The notes under the pieces were generated by a model. That model did no database searches. It worked only from the letters and a program-made list of their open reading frames with translations, and was not told the DNA's origin. From Lingula anatina (taxonomy: Eukaryota; Animalia; Brachiopoda), in assembly GCA_051362555.1 (NCBI GenBank), contig CM120644.1, positions 14,964,534 through 15,028,533 of the forward strand: DNA of 64,000 nt, read 5' to 3'. Below, one piece after another: positions 62,108 to 64,000 of the stretch (positions are counted from its first letter, which is position 1; each line of letters begins with the position of its first letter). The translations under genes and the position numbers were made by a program.

Positions 62108-63792
62108 ATGAAGCCGGACACCGTACTGTCTACCAAGATGTTCAACGAGCCTCAAGAAATGGCGCGTCAAGGAGAGAGTAAATCCTCCAACAAGAAAAAA
62201 TTCGCAATTGGCGCCGTCACGCTCGTCATTGTGGTTGCCATGGCAGTGGGCGGAGTTTTGCTTGCCACTCATATGTCGCAGAAGGCGAGCAATGACATGT
62301 TGAAGGTGAGATATGGATGACTATTATTCAGTTTCTAGAAATGCACTTCAATACATTTAAACAAAAATGGTTAAAATGTGGATGGTTTTTAAGTTACTGA
62401 GCGCGTTTCGTACCTATCTAGACGTTTCGGATCGATCGCCACATGGTAGGCGCGTCGATTTGAACTCCCAAGTGCGGTAAAATGAGTAACCAGAATTAAT
62501 GTTGCAGAGAGAGAGAGAGAGAGAGAGAGAAGTCTTAAACTTAGTTTCGTTTCTCTTCAAGGCTTACCTTGTCACCTTCAAAGACGACAGCTCAGAGTTC
62601 CAGCAAGAGATAGAGATCAGTGCCTCCCAGAAACTGGAAGCCGTTCACGTAGCAGCTGAGAGCGGAAAGCAGGAAACCTTCGTCCTCCATGATTATAGCA
62701 CGGTAAGTACATGTATGCCATTTTAGGTACGCTCAAAATCAGCCTAACATGAACAGTGTAGTTTGATAACTTGGGTTTTCACATAGACTACAAGATCCCG
62801 CTGTGCATAAGCAGCTCATTTTTCTTTTTTCTTTTTTTTTTCTTTTTTTTTTTTTTTTTTTTTTGGAGGGGGGGTATATTGTTTACTGGCAAAAGTAATT
62901 GTTTCCTTGTGATAAAAATGATAACAAGTAGCAGTAAAAGCAATATTCTTATTATTTTCATTATCACTGTCGTAATCATCATCACTACGATCATTATCAT
63001 TATACTTGACTAATTAATTCATCAGATTATGAACTTATTTACTTTTGAGCACTGAGCTGAACTGTGACTCGACGGGCGTTATGACACAGCAGATCAAGTG
63101 TCATCACTATTACATATTATTACTGTAGCTACAAACACCATTTCTTCGTGTTTTCAGGGGAAAACTGCCTTGAGATTCGCAGGCGACACATCTTGCTATA
63201 TTCGCAGCATGGAAAAGCGAATGACAAGAACTAATGTCACCGGGTTACAGCAGAGCTACCAAGAAGCTCAGGTAATTCATTAACTTCCTAATCCAGGACA
63301 AATTAAGATTACAAGAAGAGAAAAGCAATGACGCAAGGCGTCTGTGTTTCTTAATATAACTTTCTATAGTCTAGTCGTAATTATCCCTGTAGCCTATGCA
63401 ACTTGGACCTTATTATACGTGAGAATATGTACCGCAGCCTTGAATGATACTTGCGGTAGATGAAAAATGTATACTGAAATATAGTTTGTAAAAGAAGTTG
63501 AAATACTGTTCTAAAAAGAATTACCTAACTTGATTAAAAGTAATAAGTATTGCTAGTACACCAGCGTTGCTTGAATAACGTGACCACAAGCATAAAACTC
63601 TTCCTATATAAACCATTTCATATATATTTCATCAGCATCAGACCCCTGGGAAGATCTCAAGCGTCGAGCAATCCTACTACCAGGCCGTGGACGCTCCCGT
63701 TGACCGTTCTTCTCTCAGCAAGGCCGTCCTGGATTTCTGTGCTGGACACAAATTGCAATTTCTTGAGAAAACTACCAAAGAAAATATCAAAG
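62108..63792 (+). CDS. BRICHOS-domain type II membrane / precursor protein, 3'-incomplete
   Basis: Exons 62108-62305, 62562-62702, 63158-63271 and 63636(or 63642)-63792, ending at a phase-1 donor. N-terminal TM helix, then VLHDYSTGKTALRF..SCYI and ..AVLDFCAG..FL, the BRICHOS Asp and two Cys. TATAAAA at about 61695 with a likely non-coding first exon. Confidence 0.85.
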
Positions 63793-64000
63793 GTAAGGGA
63801 CAATATTGGGTAATTTGTTTTCTAACCAAAAATAGACCTTTTATTTTGTTTTCTAATCATTAATAGACTTTTTTTAAATCAAATTTATCCCTCATAATAT
63901 GCCAAGTTCGGGTACTGTTTTATTGCCATATTTCGAAAAATAAGAATATGTGGTAGGGATTAACTGTTGCTCGGCTTTTGTTTATTATTATTATTAGTAG

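Overview
Intron-rich, AT-rich animal genomic DNA; the gene and repeat content suggests a marine invertebrate, probably lophotrochozoan (inference only). From left to right: the 3' exons of a Ly6/quiver-like GPI-type protein; a tandemly duplicated block (about 4-29 kb) of two-exon cytosolic sulfotransferases (3 intact, several relics), each first exon but one preceded by a co-oriented tRNA-Ile(AAT) gene or remnant, with the plus-strand copies paired tail-to-tail with a four-exon gene for signal peptide + PAN/Apple domain + zinc peptidase of the M15/DD-peptidase (LAS) type; an intronless class A GPCR; an intronless GT10 alpha-1,3-fucosyltransferase; a diverged fourth PAN-M15 gene with two PAN exons; a 23-exon secreted CEMIP/TMEM2-like gene with an apparent TGA at one splice junction; and the 5' part of a BRICHOS-domain protein. 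Many non-autonomous transposons can be delimited, several by comparison with empty sites in paralogous copies. The best candidate for a new system is the spliced, secreted, expanding PAN-M15 family. It carries bacterial-style SGxR, H-x6-D and HxH motifs and may be a domesticated peptidoglycan hydrolase. All exon models were assembled by eye and no database searches were run.
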